From Escherichia phage vB_EcoM-pEK20: 64,000 nucleotides of DNA. Numbering within the stretch: position 1 is the first letter of the stretch; every line of letters begins with the position of its first letter. Shown here one piece after another: positions 47,471 through 57,341 of the stretch. A model generated the notes under the pieces. That model made no database searches, was not told the DNA's origin, and saw only the letters and a list, made by a program, of their open reading frames with translations. The stretch is taken from the sequence record MZ868638.1. The stretch is one strand, 5' to 3'. The translations under genes and the position numbers were made by a program.

Positions 47471-47764
47471 ATGAAAAAGTTATCATTGGCAGCAATCTTA
47501 CTTGCAGTATCATGTGCACCAGCTCCAGTTACGGCAGGTTATGATAAAGACCTCTGTGAGTGGTCAATGACTGCAAATCAAGAAGATGTTGAACAACAAA
47601 TCTTCTCTGATATCATGAACATCACTAAACGAGACCGTCCTAATATGGTTAATAAAGTTGTTGAACAACTTAAGTCTGGCGGTATCATGCAGTACAACTA
47701 TGTTTTGTATTGTGACCCTAATTTCGATAACAAAGATATCGTAACCGAAATCACAGGTGAATAA
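47471..47764 (+). CDS. sp: Spackle periplasmic protein (superinfection exclusion, gp5 lysozyme inhibitor)
   Basis: AGYDKDLCEWSMTANQEDVEQQI...GGIMQYNYVLYCDPNF matches T4 Sp as recalled. Confidence 0.75.
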   Translation: MKKLSLAAILLAVSCAPAPVTAGYDKDLCEWSMTANQEDVEQQIFSDIMNITKRDRPNMVNKVVEQLKSGGIMQYNYVLYCDPNFDNKDIVTEITGE

Positions 47765-47765
47765 C

Positions 47766-48416
47766 ATGATTTATTACATGCACAAAAATGCGCCATTTAA
47801 ATATGGTAAATTTCCTAATGCGCAATGTTATAATATAACGCCGAATGAAAATAATAACGGATATCATATTGGTGTAATTTTTGTAATTGTTAAAGATAAC
47901 GAAATCGTTGCCTGGGCAGATTTTAAAGGTACAACATATGATGTTAATCCTGTGCCTTTCACATATTACAATATAATGGATTTGGCATATGATTATAATT
48001 GGTTTAATCACGACGCGTTGGCTCATATTGAAGGTGTAGGATTTGACATCTCTTATTCTAGCTATTCATTATGTCCTATGAGCCGAGCTCACGGTAAAGA
48101 TGCATCATATCTTTCATTTCGGAAACGTGTAAACTTCAAACGTAGTACAGAGTATGTCGGTGGACTCTTTGTTAAAGATAATAAAATAACCCGTATTAGT
48201 TATCCTCTAAGTGTAGGTCAAAAAGATGTTGATGTTGATTTAGACTTAACTGAAAATAACATTAATCATATTGCTTCTGTATATTTTGATATCGATGAAA
48301 AAATTGTAGTGTGTGGATACGAATTACCACCCGAAGAAAAGGCTGAAGCAATTGAAGTCGAATTAGAAATTTCTGTCGATGACCAAATATTTAATGCATT
48401 TATGAATCGAGGTTAA
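47766..48416 (+). CDS. Hypothetical protein
   Basis: ORF only. Confidence 0.3.
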   Translation: MIYYMHKNAPFKYGKFPNAQCYNITPNENNNGYHIGVIFVIVKDNEIVAWADFKGTTYDVNPVPFTYYNIMDLAYDYNWFNHDALAHIEGVGFDISYSSYSLCPMSRAHGKDASYLSFRKRVNFKRSTEYVGGLFVKDNKITRISYPLSVGQKDVDVDLDLTENNINHIASVYFDIDEKIVVCGYELPPEEKAEAIEVELEISVDDQIFNAFMNRG

Positions 48417-48417
48417 A

Positions 48418-48615
48418 ATGACTACTGCAATTTGCACTGGTTCTAAAATTAGTGTTTTTACAAGTTTTGAAGATTATGAAGTTATTTCAAAACACCAATG
48501 CCATATTAGCGTAAAAGCTAATGACGGTGTAATTTGGAATATTCCACAGTATGAAGGCACTACATATGAAGTCACAGATATAAATGGTGACAAAGCAATC
48601 TTTGTAATTGATTAA
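48418..48615 (+). CDS. Hypothetical protein
   Basis: ORF only. Confidence 0.3.
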   Translation: MTTAICTGSKISVFTSFEDYEVISKHQCHISVKANDGVIWNIPQYEGTTYEVTDINGDKAIFVID

Positions 48616-48634
48616 ATATACTCAGGAGGTACCT

Positions 48635-49102
48635 ATGGGTATTATTAACACTGCAATAGATTCTGTTTACGCATATAAGTTTATTCGACTAATGCAAAAA
48701 CCTTTTACTGAATGGAAAGCATACGAAGCCAAAATCATCGATGAACGTGGAAGTGTTCTTAAACGTCCTTCCACTCCTGAAGAGAAAGCGGCTTATACAC
48801 CTTTTCATGCTTCAGTTCGTTCAATGAAGCGAATGATGAGCACTGTTCCAGGTCTTAATGGAATGGCCTCAATGATGTCTGCCTGGAGTGCTGTAGCTTC
48901 ACGCTATAACATTACGGAAGAACAGCAGAAAGAAATATTTAAAGAACTCCCTTTATTTGAGGATATGGTTGCTGGTGATTCAGGTGGCAGCCCTCAAGCT
49001 ATTGCATCAGGAACAACTACAGGTGCAGTAGTAAATAAAGGTCCAGAACAAATTCCTTCCAAGAAAAGAAAGCGAATTAAAGTAAATATTAATAAGTTGT
49101 GA
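48635..49102 (+). CDS. Hypothetical protein
   Basis: Internal ATG with GGAGG SD. Confidence 0.35.
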   Translation: MGIINTAIDSVYAYKFIRLMQKPFTEWKAYEAKIIDERGSVLKRPSTPEEKAAYTPFHASVRSMKRMMSTVPGLNGMASMMSAWSAVASRYNITEEQQKEIFKELPLFEDMVAGDSGGSPQAIASGTTTGAVVNKGPEQIPSKKRKRIKVNINKL

Positions 49103-49141
49103 TAAGATGGCCTTATTAATTTAAGGCCTCTGGAGAATACT

Positions 49142-50164
49142 ATGGCTGAATGGATAGATAATGAATTTGCTTATCGCGCGTTTTCTCACCTACCTCGTTT
49201 TAGACAAATCAATAATTCAAGCACATTTAAATTAACATTTCGATGTCCAGTTTGTGGCGACTCCCAGACAGATGCAATGAAAGCTCGCGGATGGTATTAT
49301 GGCGGTACTCCTGGTAATGTACATTGTTATAATTGCCAATACCACAATACAATTTCCGGATACTTAAAAGAGTATGATGAAGAGCTTTATCGCGAATATC
49401 TAATGGAAGTTCGTAAAGAAAAAGCTAGAATGGAACCAAAGATTGAAAAGGTTCCTGAACATAAACCAGAACCGGAGAAAAAGACTATAAATTCTTTGCC
49501 GTCTTGTTCTCGTCTGGACAAGCTGCCCGAAGAGCATCCTATTGTGAAATATGTTAAGTCTCGGTGTATTCCTAAAGAATCGTGGAACAGATTATGGTTC
49601 ACATTAGAATGGCCTAAATTGGTCAACAAGATTCAACCTGGTACGTATAAGAAAGAGATTCCCGAACCACGTTTAGTGATTCCTATTTTTAATAAAGATG
49701 GGAAGGCCGAGTCATTCCAAGGACGTGCACTTCGTAAAGATGCTCCTCAGAAATATATCACTATTAAAGCGTTTGAGTCTGCAACAAAAATTTATGGTGT
49801 TGAACGTGTTAAGGAAGGGGACGTCTGGGTAATGGAAGGCCCTATTGATAGTTTATTCATACCCAATGCAATCGCTATTACAGGCGGCTCAATAGATTTA
49901 GATGTGGTACCATTTAAAGAACGTCGGGTATGGGTAATGGATAATGAACCTAGGCATCCGGATACTATAGCTCGCATGAAGCGATTAGTTGATGCAGGCG
50001 AACGTGTCATGTTCTGGGACCGAGCTCCGTGGAGATCAAAGGATGTGAATGATATGGTAATGAAAGAAAATGCAACACCACAAGAAATTTTAGAATATAT
50101 GAAACAGAATATTTCAAGTGGGTTGCATGCTAAAATGAGATTATCTCGTTATTCGAAGATTTAA
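49142..50164 (+). CDS. 61: DNA primase gp61
   Basis: Zinc ribbon CPVCGD...CYNC and TOPRIM region; matches T4 gp61. Confidence 0.9.
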   Translation: MAEWIDNEFAYRAFSHLPRFRQINNSSTFKLTFRCPVCGDSQTDAMKARGWYYGGTPGNVHCYNCQYHNTISGYLKEYDEELYREYLMEVRKEKARMEPKIEKVPEHKPEPEKKTINSLPSCSRLDKLPEEHPIVKYVKSRCIPKESWNRLWFTLEWPKLVNKIQPGTYKKEIPEPRLVIPIFNKDGKAESFQGRALRKDAPQKYITIKAFESATKIYGVERVKEGDVWVMEGPIDSLFIPNAIAITGGSIDLDVVPFKERRVWVMDNEPRHPDTIARMKRLVDAGERVMFWDRAPWRSKDVNDMVMKENATPQEILEYMKQNISSGLHAKMRLSRYSKI

Positions 50165-50358
50165 ACAAGCCCTATAATAGCAAAGGCCAAATCAACTACA
50201 GTATCCAATGGAACAGAAGGAACCATAACACCATGGGCAACTAACAATGGTGCAATCCCGAAGTTCCATGAAATAATGCCACCTACAACTATTGCAGCGA
50301 TAGCAGTTTTCTTTTTATTGCCTTTAATAGCGTTGATTAACGATGGAAGTTTAAACAT
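50161..50358 (-). CDS. Small two-TM membrane protein on the opposite strand
   Basis: Reverse-strand ORF with strong SD (TAAGGAGATATT-ATG) in an intergenic gap. Confidence 0.45.
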   Translation of the reverse strand: MFKLPSLINAIKGNKKKTAIAAIVVGGIISWNFGIAPLLVAHGVMVPSVPLDTVVDLAFAIIGLV

Positions 50359-50447
50359 AATATCTCCTTAGTTACCTATTATTTATTACGCTTTATAAAA
50401 TTAATGTTAGAATTAACTTCTCTTATACTGAATTGAAAGGAAAAATA

Positions 50448-50969
50448 ATGGCACACTTTAACGAATGTTCACAACTTATTTCTGGTGTTGATAAAGCAGA
50501 AGAAGCTTATTTTAATGCTCTGATTCACGAAGATAAAGACCCTCTGCAGGTAATGCTTGATATGCAGAAATCTTTACAGGTTCGTCTGGCAAATGACAAG
50601 CCTGAACATAACAAACATCCTGATGAATTGGCCACTGCTGGTGATGTTGTTGATTGGCTGCGTAATCAGAAAGATTATATTGATGATGAATTCCGTGAAC
50701 TGTTGACTTCACTTGGTGGTATGAGCAATGGTGAAAAAGCCGCTAGCTCTGTATGGAAGCCGTGGAAAGCACAACATGCTGAATATCGAAATCGTCGTAT
50801 CGATGAACTGTCTCCTGAAGACCAGCTTGAAATTAAATTTGAAATGATTGATATTCTGCATTTCGTTCTAAATATGTTCCAAGGTCTAGGACTTTCTGCT
50901 GAAGAAATCTTCAAACTGTATTACCTGAAAAACCAACACAACTTTGAACGCCAGGATAATGGTTACTAA
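50448..50969 (+). CDS. 56: dCTPase / dCTP pyrophosphatase gp56 (MazG-like)
   Basis: MAHFNECSQLISGVDK...DPLQVMLDMQ...SPEDQLEIKFEMID matches T4 gp56 as recalled. Confidence 0.85.
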   Translation: MAHFNECSQLISGVDKAEEAYFNALIHEDKDPLQVMLDMQKSLQVRLANDKPEHNKHPDELATAGDVVDWLRNQKDYIDDEFRELLTSLGGMSNGEKAASSVWKPWKAQHAEYRNRRIDELSPEDQLEIKFEMIDILHFVLNMFQGLGLSAEEIFKLYYLKNQHNFERQDNGY

Positions 50970-51014
50970 TTAAGTTATAAATACACCTGTAATTAAACAA
51001 CAAAGGAGTTAATT

Positions 51015-51251
51015 ATGGGTGGTTACGTTAATATCAAAACCTTTACGCATCCTGCAGGTGAAGGCAAAGAAGTTAAAGGTATGGAAGTTTCTGTACCGTT
51101 TGAGATTTATTCAAACGAACATCGGATTGCGGATTCTCATTACCAAATCTTTCCGTCAGAAAAGGCAGCTTATTCTGATGTCGTTTCTGATGCAGCAACT
51201 TGGAAAACTAAGAACGCTGCAATGTTTACCCCTACACCAGTAAGTGGTTAA
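51015..51251 (+). CDS. Hypothetical protein
   Basis: ORF only. Confidence 0.3.
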   Translation: MGGYVNIKTFTHPAGEGKEVKGMEVSVPFEIYSNEHRIADSHYQIFPSEKAAYSDVVSDAATWKTKNAAMFTPTPVSG

Positions 51252-51259
51252 ATAATTTA

Positions 51260-51286
51260 AGGAATCCTTCGGGATTCCTTTTTTTG
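51260..51286 (+). terminator. Rho-independent terminator (UUCG loop)
   Basis: GGAATCC-TTCG-GGATTCC then T7. Confidence 0.65.
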
Positions 51287-51352
51287 TTTCTACAGTTTAC
51301 AACCACTAAAAACTGTGTTAAGATATTATTACTTACTCAAGAGGAGAACAAT

Positions 51353-51580
51353 ATGTTAAATCGTTGGATTAAACCTAATAACACATTAGGTGCTTTGATT
51401 GCTCAAGAAGTTTCGTTGAAATATGGTCTTGGATATTATGACGACGTAGTCGTACACTCATTCATGATGGATGGTGAAGACGTCAAATTTAATGCCGAAA
51501 TCCGTTGGGATGATGGTGGTGTTCGTTTTGTTCGAGGAACAATTAATGCTTACGATGCTGAAGAAGTTGTTTGCTGTTAA
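51353..51580 (+). CDS. Hypothetical protein
   Basis: Internal ATG; promoter GTTTAC 51295-51300 upstream. Confidence 0.35.
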   Translation: MLNRWIKPNNTLGALIAQEVSLKYGLGYYDDVVVHSFMMDGEDVKFNAEIRWDDGGVRFVRGTINAYDAEEVVCC

Positions 51581-51593
51581 ACCAGGCGAAGGT

Positions 51594-51782
51594 ATGATGC
51601 CTATTCCTGATACACGTGAAAAGGCTTGGGAATACATTGGTGACGGCATGATGGAAGAAGTTATTCGTCCAAAGTCTGCTTCAAGCTCTTCAAGTTATAA
51701 TCATTCATACGTATCGTCTTGGTCTGGTGATTCTGGGTCAAGTTATTCTGATTGTGATTCAAGCTCAGGGAGCTGCGAATGA
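51594..51782 (+). CDS. Hypothetical protein with Ser-rich C-terminal tail
   Basis: SASSSSSYNHSYVSSWSGDSGSSYSDCDSSSGSCE tail; start uncertain. Confidence 0.25.
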   Translation: MMPIPDTREKAWEYIGDGMMEEVIRPKSASSSSSYNHSYVSSWSGDSGSSYSDCDSSSGSCE

Positions 51783-51957
51783 ACAAGATAGTTAAATGGT
51801 TTAAAAGCTGGGACGATGGTGTCGGTCCAGAAGATTGGCTGGATGTTCTTGAAGAGAATATGGCTAAAGAATTCCAGAAACATGAAGAAAAGCTCGTCGA
51901 AGATGAAGGCGAACGTATTGTAAAACTTTATATGGGTGAACCATCGAGGAAATTATA

Positions 51958-52317
51958 ATGGATGCTATGCTATTTAAAATGTATTTGCTTGAAGCCAAGT
52001 CATTTAAACATATACCAGTGGAAGATAAGACTCCACTAGAAATAGCTATTCTAATTAACAAAAGTCTAAATAATCCGCAATATATCGTAGAAGAATTCTG
52101 CAAATTGCAGATTCCTAAAGGTTACAAAATTCGTGTAGAGCGAGTTGGAGCTATTACTCGTTCTAAAAATTCTCCGTTTAGTCTTGAAGAAGGCATAAAG
52201 GACTTAGGTTATGAATCTACGGAAAATGCAGTTTATGTGAATCCTGAAAAGCGTTTAGACTTGTTTGAAAAGCGAGACCATAAGTATTTTGCCAAAAATA
52301 CTTTATTACATCATTAG
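51958..52317 (+). CDS. Hypothetical protein
   Basis: ORF only. Confidence 0.3.
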   Translation: MDAMLFKMYLLEAKSFKHIPVEDKTPLEIAILINKSLNNPQYIVEEFCKLQIPKGYKIRVERVGAITRSKNSPFSLEEGIKDLGYESTENAVYVNPEKRLDLFEKRDHKYFAKNTLLHH

Positions 52318-52413
52318 CAGATTTAGTCCATTTGCAACGAGCTATTTGGAAATTTTTTAAGACAAAAGGTGTAGCGCTAGAAACATTCTCTGAACCTGCT
52401 AGTTTTTATCTAG

Positions 52414-52602
52414 GTGAATAATATGGACCTTATGAGTATGTTTGACGAGCCTGAAGTTGAGGCTCCTAAAGTGCATCGTAGTGAACTTATTGATGAACTA
52501 GATAGTATTATACAACGACACGGCTTTAGTTTACCTGTTGAAGCCCTGAAAGACCTTGCATCTTATTATGACGACCCTCCACCATGGAGTCCTTGGAAAT
52601 GA
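52414..52602 (+). CDS. Hypothetical acidic protein
   Basis: ORF only. Confidence 0.3.
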   Translation: MNNMDLMSMFDEPEVEAPKVHRSELIDELDSIIQRHGFSLPVEALKDLASYYDDPPPWSPWK

Positions 52603-52818
52603 AAGAGAAATTGAAAGAGAAATTCTTACTAGAAATCAAGGAAAAAGACTTTGAGACATGGTATCGAATGGTGAAAGGGCTGACATTGCTTTTTAAAGCA
52701 TCGTTATTCATGTTAGAACAACCTGGTCCTGATGGGCCTTTAGTAGGAAAGCTTAAAAAGTAGTTTACATTCCCTCCTCTCGTGTTATGATAGGCTTATC
52801 TTTAAATGGAGGTCTATC

Positions 52819-53400
52819 ATGACATGTCAATCTGAACTTCAAGAACGCGAATACCTAACAAATCTGATTGATAGCAAATTCACCCGCCAAGAACAAAACA
52901 TTCTCTGGGCCTGCACCGATTCTAAGGAAGACCCGGATTTCCACTATGAATTAGACCATCTTGTTCGTAAGCATATGACTTCTACAGTGCCAGTAGAACT
53001 CTACCGTGGTGTAACTCCAGAAGAAGTAGAACGTCTTTCCCTTCTTTCTGTGGGATGCCATTGGTCTCCTGGACGAGTAACATCGTTCACAACTGATTTC
53101 AGTACAGCTCGTCAATTCTCCGGGAGATGGGAATATCAGACGTACACTATTCTTAGTCTCAGGAATGCTCCATTCATTTTTGATTACTACCAAAACATGG
53201 TTAACATTGTACTTGCCGGAAAGAACCCTAAGCATGTTATGGAAGAAACGCGTGTTGACGTCCTAGATATGATTGAATCTGAACAAGAATACATGGTCTC
53301 AGGTATCTCTAGATTTGAGATTGTGGAAATTGAAGAGTTAGAGTATGACCCTTTGTCTCGAGTATACAAAATCATTCACTTAAAGATGTTGAATTTTTAG
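52819..53400 (+). CDS. modB: ADP-ribosyltransferase, ModB-like (R-S-E class)
   Basis: LYRGV (Arg), FTTDFSTA (S-T-S region), EQEYMV (E-x-E); position after gene 56 like T4 modB. Confidence 0.5.
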   Translation: MTCQSELQEREYLTNLIDSKFTRQEQNILWACTDSKEDPDFHYELDHLVRKHMTSTVPVELYRGVTPEEVERLSLLSVGCHWSPGRVTSFTTDFSTARQFSGRWEYQTYTILSLRNAPFIFDYYQNMVNIVLAGKNPKHVMEETRVDVLDMIESEQEYMVSGISRFEIVEIEELEYDPLSRVYKIIHLKMLNF

Positions 53401-53457
53401 TGTACAAACTCTACCTACGATGATACTATACTTTTATCAACCACAGGAGAAACCTAA

Positions 53458-54066
53458 ATGTTTATGCCGTATAACGAGTGTGAAATTGAAGAAATGGTTC
53501 GTCGTGCTCAAAACCCCGAATATCAAGATGTATTGCAGTACGAAATTGATAGTCAATTCAGCGACATTGAACAAAGTGTACTGTGGCAGTGTATGGAAAA
53601 CAAGCCAGACTGTATTCAACAGGAGTTAAGTTCAATCGTTCGTAGAAATTGGACGTCTTCTGTTCCTGAGACAATGTATCGTGGAATCTCTAAGAAAACT
53701 ATAGCCACACTCGATGATAAAGGTATTGGTAGTATTATTAAATTTGACAGAGTAATGAGCTTCAGCCCAGTGTTCGGTGTAGCACGTAACTTTGCTTCGT
53801 ATAATTTTTACGGAACATTTAATATGTTCTGCATCAAAGATGCACCATTTGCTTTCAACTTCCGTGAACATATGCTTAATATGATTCTGGCTGCACCATC
53901 TTGTGAGTTCAATGGAGCTTTCCCTGAAGCGACAAGACGGTCTAATGCTAGACTTATATCTGACGAATGTGAATTTATGCTCCCTATAGGGACTACACTG
54001 CGTGTAGATTCTATTATTCAAGATGGACGTTATACAATCTGGAATCTGTCTATTGTCAGTTACTGA
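53458..54066 (+). CDS. modA: ADP-ribosyltransferase, ModA-like (R-S-E class)
   Basis: MYRGI, MSFSPVFGVA, ECEFML; paralog of the upstream gene. Confidence 0.5.
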   Translation: MFMPYNECEIEEMVRRAQNPEYQDVLQYEIDSQFSDIEQSVLWQCMENKPDCIQQELSSIVRRNWTSSVPETMYRGISKKTIATLDDKGIGSIIKFDRVMSFSPVFGVARNFASYNFYGTFNMFCIKDAPFAFNFREHMLNMILAAPSCEFNGAFPEATRRSNARLISDECEFMLPIGTTLRVDSIIQDGRYTIWNLSIVSY

Positions 54067-54218
54067 CTGAATTGGAATAACCGGATGGAACTCAGAACCA
54101 TTATAACACATAAAAAATTAAAGCATTTTATGAAAAAAGAGTGTACACTACCTGAGGGCATGATATTATAAGCTTATCAGCTAAATGACCTAACGTCCGT
54201 AAGACAGAGGAAAATATT

Positions 54219-54965
54219 ATGTTGTCAAATAATAAAATTAACAAAATCAATCGTCGTCTTGACCACACCAGAGCTTCTGCGAAGAGACGCTCTAAGGATT
54301 TTAACTTAGACTTTAATTACCTTAAAAACATTCTTGATCAAAAGGTCTGCGCTTACTCAGGTGAATCTTTTAATAACTCTGTTGAAGGTGAGAAATTATC
54401 CTTAGAACGTTTTAATAATGATATCGGCTACATTAAAGGTAATGTTATCCCAGTTAAGAAAAAATATAACACGGCTCGTTCTGATTTAACATTAGAAGAA
54501 CTTATTGAGAAACGTGATGCCATTGCAAGACGTATCGCTAATCCTTCTGCCCGTAAAGTAGAGAAACTTAATCTCGACGAGAAGAAATGGGCCCAAATTA
54601 AAAAGGTTTATGGTACTATTTTAAAAATCCGAGCAAAACGTGAAAATCGTGTTAAGCATATGGCGAACATGATGAAAAATCAACCTTTATCTAACGAATC
54701 TAAACTTAGAATTGTTGCTTTGAAAGCACGCATTAATGGCTCACATCAAGCAGAAGGCCATGAACTTACTAAACTCAACGTTCTTCTTAAAGGCTCTGAC
54801 TGGAAAACTAAAACTAAATTAACTGACGCTGAATCGCTTTTCGATACATATGATAAAGTTATCCAAGGTCTGCAACGTTTTGAAAAGATTGGTTTCATTG
54901 GTAAATTAAAATTGAAACGTGGCTTACCACTTAGCGCATCATTATTCCAACTGATTAAAGGTTAA
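54219..54965 (+). CDS. Srd-like protein (positional assignment)
   Basis: 248 aa between mod genes and dda; sequence not verified. Confidence 0.3.
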   Translation: MLSNNKINKINRRLDHTRASAKRRSKDFNLDFNYLKNILDQKVCAYSGESFNNSVEGEKLSLERFNNDIGYIKGNVIPVKKKYNTARSDLTLEELIEKRDAIARRIANPSARKVEKLNLDEKKWAQIKKVYGTILKIRAKRENRVKHMANMMKNQPLSNESKLRIVALKARINGSHQAEGHELTKLNVLLKGSDWKTKTKLTDAESLFDTYDKVIQGLQRFEKIGFIGKLKLKRGLPLSASLFQLIKG

Positions 54966-54967
54966 TT

Positions 54968-55279
54968 ATGGTTTATGTATATGCAATAGTTTATCGAGAT
55001 ATGGAAGGATTTACTGTCCCGGTTCCACTTGATGAGCATCGTCCTGCAGTATTTTTTAGAAAAGATATTGCAGATAAAGTTTTCGATACTTTGAAAACAC
55101 AGTATAAAACGGATTTAAAAATGGGAGTTCTAAGAATGGTCGAAACTCCGCGTAAGTTCTGGTTTAATAAGCTTGAAATGAAACACGTTAAACTAGATGC
55201 GGAGACGCAAAAATTGTATCAACGAATCCTGGACACAGGACGTATTGTTAGTATTCCAATTGCAGGGACTTTACGATGA
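54968..55279 (+). CDS. Hypothetical protein
   Basis: ORF only. Confidence 0.3.
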   Translation: MVYVYAIVYRDMEGFTVPVPLDEHRPAVFFRKDIADKVFDTLKTQYKTDLKMGVLRMVETPRKFWFNKLEMKHVKLDAETQKLYQRILDTGRIVSIPIAGTLR

Positions 55280-56589
55280 CATTTGATGATTTGACTGAAG
55301 GCCAGAAAAACGCCTTCAACGTTGTTATGAACGCTATTAAAGAAAAGAAACATCACGTAACTATTAATGGGCCTGCTGGTACAGGTAAAACAACCCTTAC
55401 TAGATTCATCGTTGAAGCCCTTATTTCTTCTGGAGAATCAGGTATTATTTTAGCAGCCCCTACACATGCTGCTAAAAAGGTTCTAAGCAAACTTGCGGGT
55501 CAAGAAGCATCGACTATTCATAGCATTCTTAAAATCAACCCAACTACATACGAAGAAAACGTATTATTTGAACAGAAAAAGGTTCCAGACTTAGCCTTGT
55601 GTCGTGTACTGTTATTTGATGAAGCGTCAATGTGCGACCGTTCTCTGTTTAAAATAATGTTAGCTAGTATCCCTAAATGGTGTACAGTAATTGGAATCGG
55701 CGACCGATGTCAGATTCGTCCGGTAGACCCAGGCGAATCAACTGCGTATCTAAGTCCTTTCTTCACTCACAAAGACTTCGTGCAATGCAACCTTACAGAA
55801 GTTAAACGTAGCAACGCACCAATTATTGATGTTGCGACTGATATTCGTAATGGCAAATGGATCTACGATAAAGTAGTTGATGGGCATGGTGTTCATGGAT
55901 ATACAGACCTTAAATCGTATATGATGAACTATTTTAACGTCGTTAAAACTCCTGAAGACCTTTTCGAAAATCGAATGATGGCATTCACAAATAAGTCGGT
56001 GGACAAGTTAAATTCAATTATTCGCCGAAAACTTCTTGAAACAGAAAAACCATTTATTAAAGACGAAGTCATTGTTCTACAAGAGCCGTTTACTAAGACA
56101 TATAAGCTAGATGGTAAAAATATGACCGAAATGCTTTTCAATAACGGTCAATTCGTTCGTATTCGAGATGCTGTAGAAACGTCTACATTCGTTAAAGCAC
56201 GTGGTGTTTCAGGCGAATATATGATACGATACTGGAATCTTACAGTAGAAACGTATGGGGATGATGAAGAATACATCCGCGAAGATATAAAGGTTATTTC
56301 TTCTGAAGAAGAGCTTTATAAATTCAATTTGTTTTTGGCTAAGACCGCAGAAACATACAAATTTTGGAATAAAGGTGGTAAAGCTCCATGGAGCGAATTC
56401 TGGGATGCTAAACGTATGTTCACTAAGGTGAAGGCACTACCAGTATCAACCTTCCATAAGGCCCAGGGTATGTCTGTTGACACGGCCTTTGTTTATACAC
56501 CGTGTATCCATTACGCCGATTCAGAATTAGCTAAACAGTTATTGTATGTCGGCACAACTCGTGGTCGGTTTGACGTCCATTTTATTTGA
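55276..56589 (+). CDS. dda: Dda DNA helicase (SF1B)
   Basis: Walker A GPAGTGKTT, motif LFDEASM; matches T4 Dda. Confidence 0.9.
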   Translation: MTFDDLTEGQKNAFNVVMNAIKEKKHHVTINGPAGTGKTTLTRFIVEALISSGESGIILAAPTHAAKKVLSKLAGQEASTIHSILKINPTTYEENVLFEQKKVPDLALCRVLLFDEASMCDRSLFKIMLASIPKWCTVIGIGDRCQIRPVDPGESTAYLSPFFTHKDFVQCNLTEVKRSNAPIIDVATDIRNGKWIYDKVVDGHGVHGYTDLKSYMMNYFNVVKTPEDLFENRMMAFTNKSVDKLNSIIRRKLLETEKPFIKDEVIVLQEPFTKTYKLDGKNMTEMLFNNGQFVRIRDAVETSTFVKARGVSGEYMIRYWNLTVETYGDDEEYIREDIKVISSEEELYKFNLFLAKTAETYKFWNKGGKAPWSEFWDAKRMFTKVKALPVSTFHKAQGMSVDTAFVYTPCIHYADSELAKQLLYVGTTRGRFDVHFI

Positions 56590-56598
56590 GAGAAAATT

Positions 56599-57276
56599 AT
56601 GAGCACTGATGTTATTATAGATTTTGAAACATTCGGCAATACATCAAAAGCGGCTGTTATTGACCTTGCGGTTATTGCATATAATTCCGACCCTGAAGTT
56701 GTTGAATCATTTGAAGAACTTGTTCAACGAGGTAAGCGAATTAAATTTAATTTAGCTTCTCAGAAAGGGAAGCGAGTTTTCGCTAAATCCACTATGAAAT
56801 GGTGGAAAGAACAATCGGCTGAAGCACGTAAAAACTTGGCTCCGTCTGAAGACGATGTCACTACGCTTGAAGGCATTAAAATCTTTTTAGACTATTGCCG
56901 AGCTAATAAAGTTGACCAATGGAAATCACAGATGTGGTGTCGTGGTATGAGCTTTGACTTCCCGATATTGGTCGATTTGATTCGTGACCTCTATCGTGAT
57001 GAAGGTGTTCCTGAACCAGAGATTGATACTGATAAATTAGAACCGGTTAAATTCTGGGCTCAACGTGATATTCGTACGGCAATCGAAGCTTACTCGTTGA
57101 CACGAGGATTAAGTATGTGTCCATTACCGATGGGTACGCTAAAAGGATTCGTTGCCCATGATAGTATTCATGATTGTGCTAAAGATATTTTGATGTTAAA
57201 ATATGCTCAGCGTTATGCGCTTGGTCTTGAAGATGTCCCTGAGAATCCTGACCCGTTAAGTGTAAAACAGCGATAA
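56599..57276 (+). CDS. dexA: Exonuclease A (DEDD 3'-5' exonuclease)
   Basis: IIDFETFG exo motif I and HDSIHDCAKD motif; position after dda. Confidence 0.8.
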   Translation: MSTDVIIDFETFGNTSKAAVIDLAVIAYNSDPEVVESFEELVQRGKRIKFNLASQKGKRVFAKSTMKWWKEQSAEARKNLAPSEDDVTTLEGIKIFLDYCRANKVDQWKSQMWCRGMSFDFPILVDLIRDLYRDEGVPEPEIDTDKLEPVKFWAQRDIRTAIEAYSLTRGLSMCPLPMGTLKGFVAHDSIHDCAKDILMLKYAQRYALGLEDVPENPDPLSVKQR

Positions 57277-57281
57277 AATCA

Positions 57282-57311
57282 GTTTACAACCAAGGATGGT
57301 TGGAGTATAAT
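57282..57311 (+). promoter_or_regulatory. T4-type early promoter cassette (repeated)
   Basis: GTTTAC 57282-57287, TATAAT 57306-57311; about 48 nt identical to 14805-14852. Confidence 0.45.
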
Positions 57312-57341
57312 CTTTCTATCTTAACCAAACGGGAAACAATT

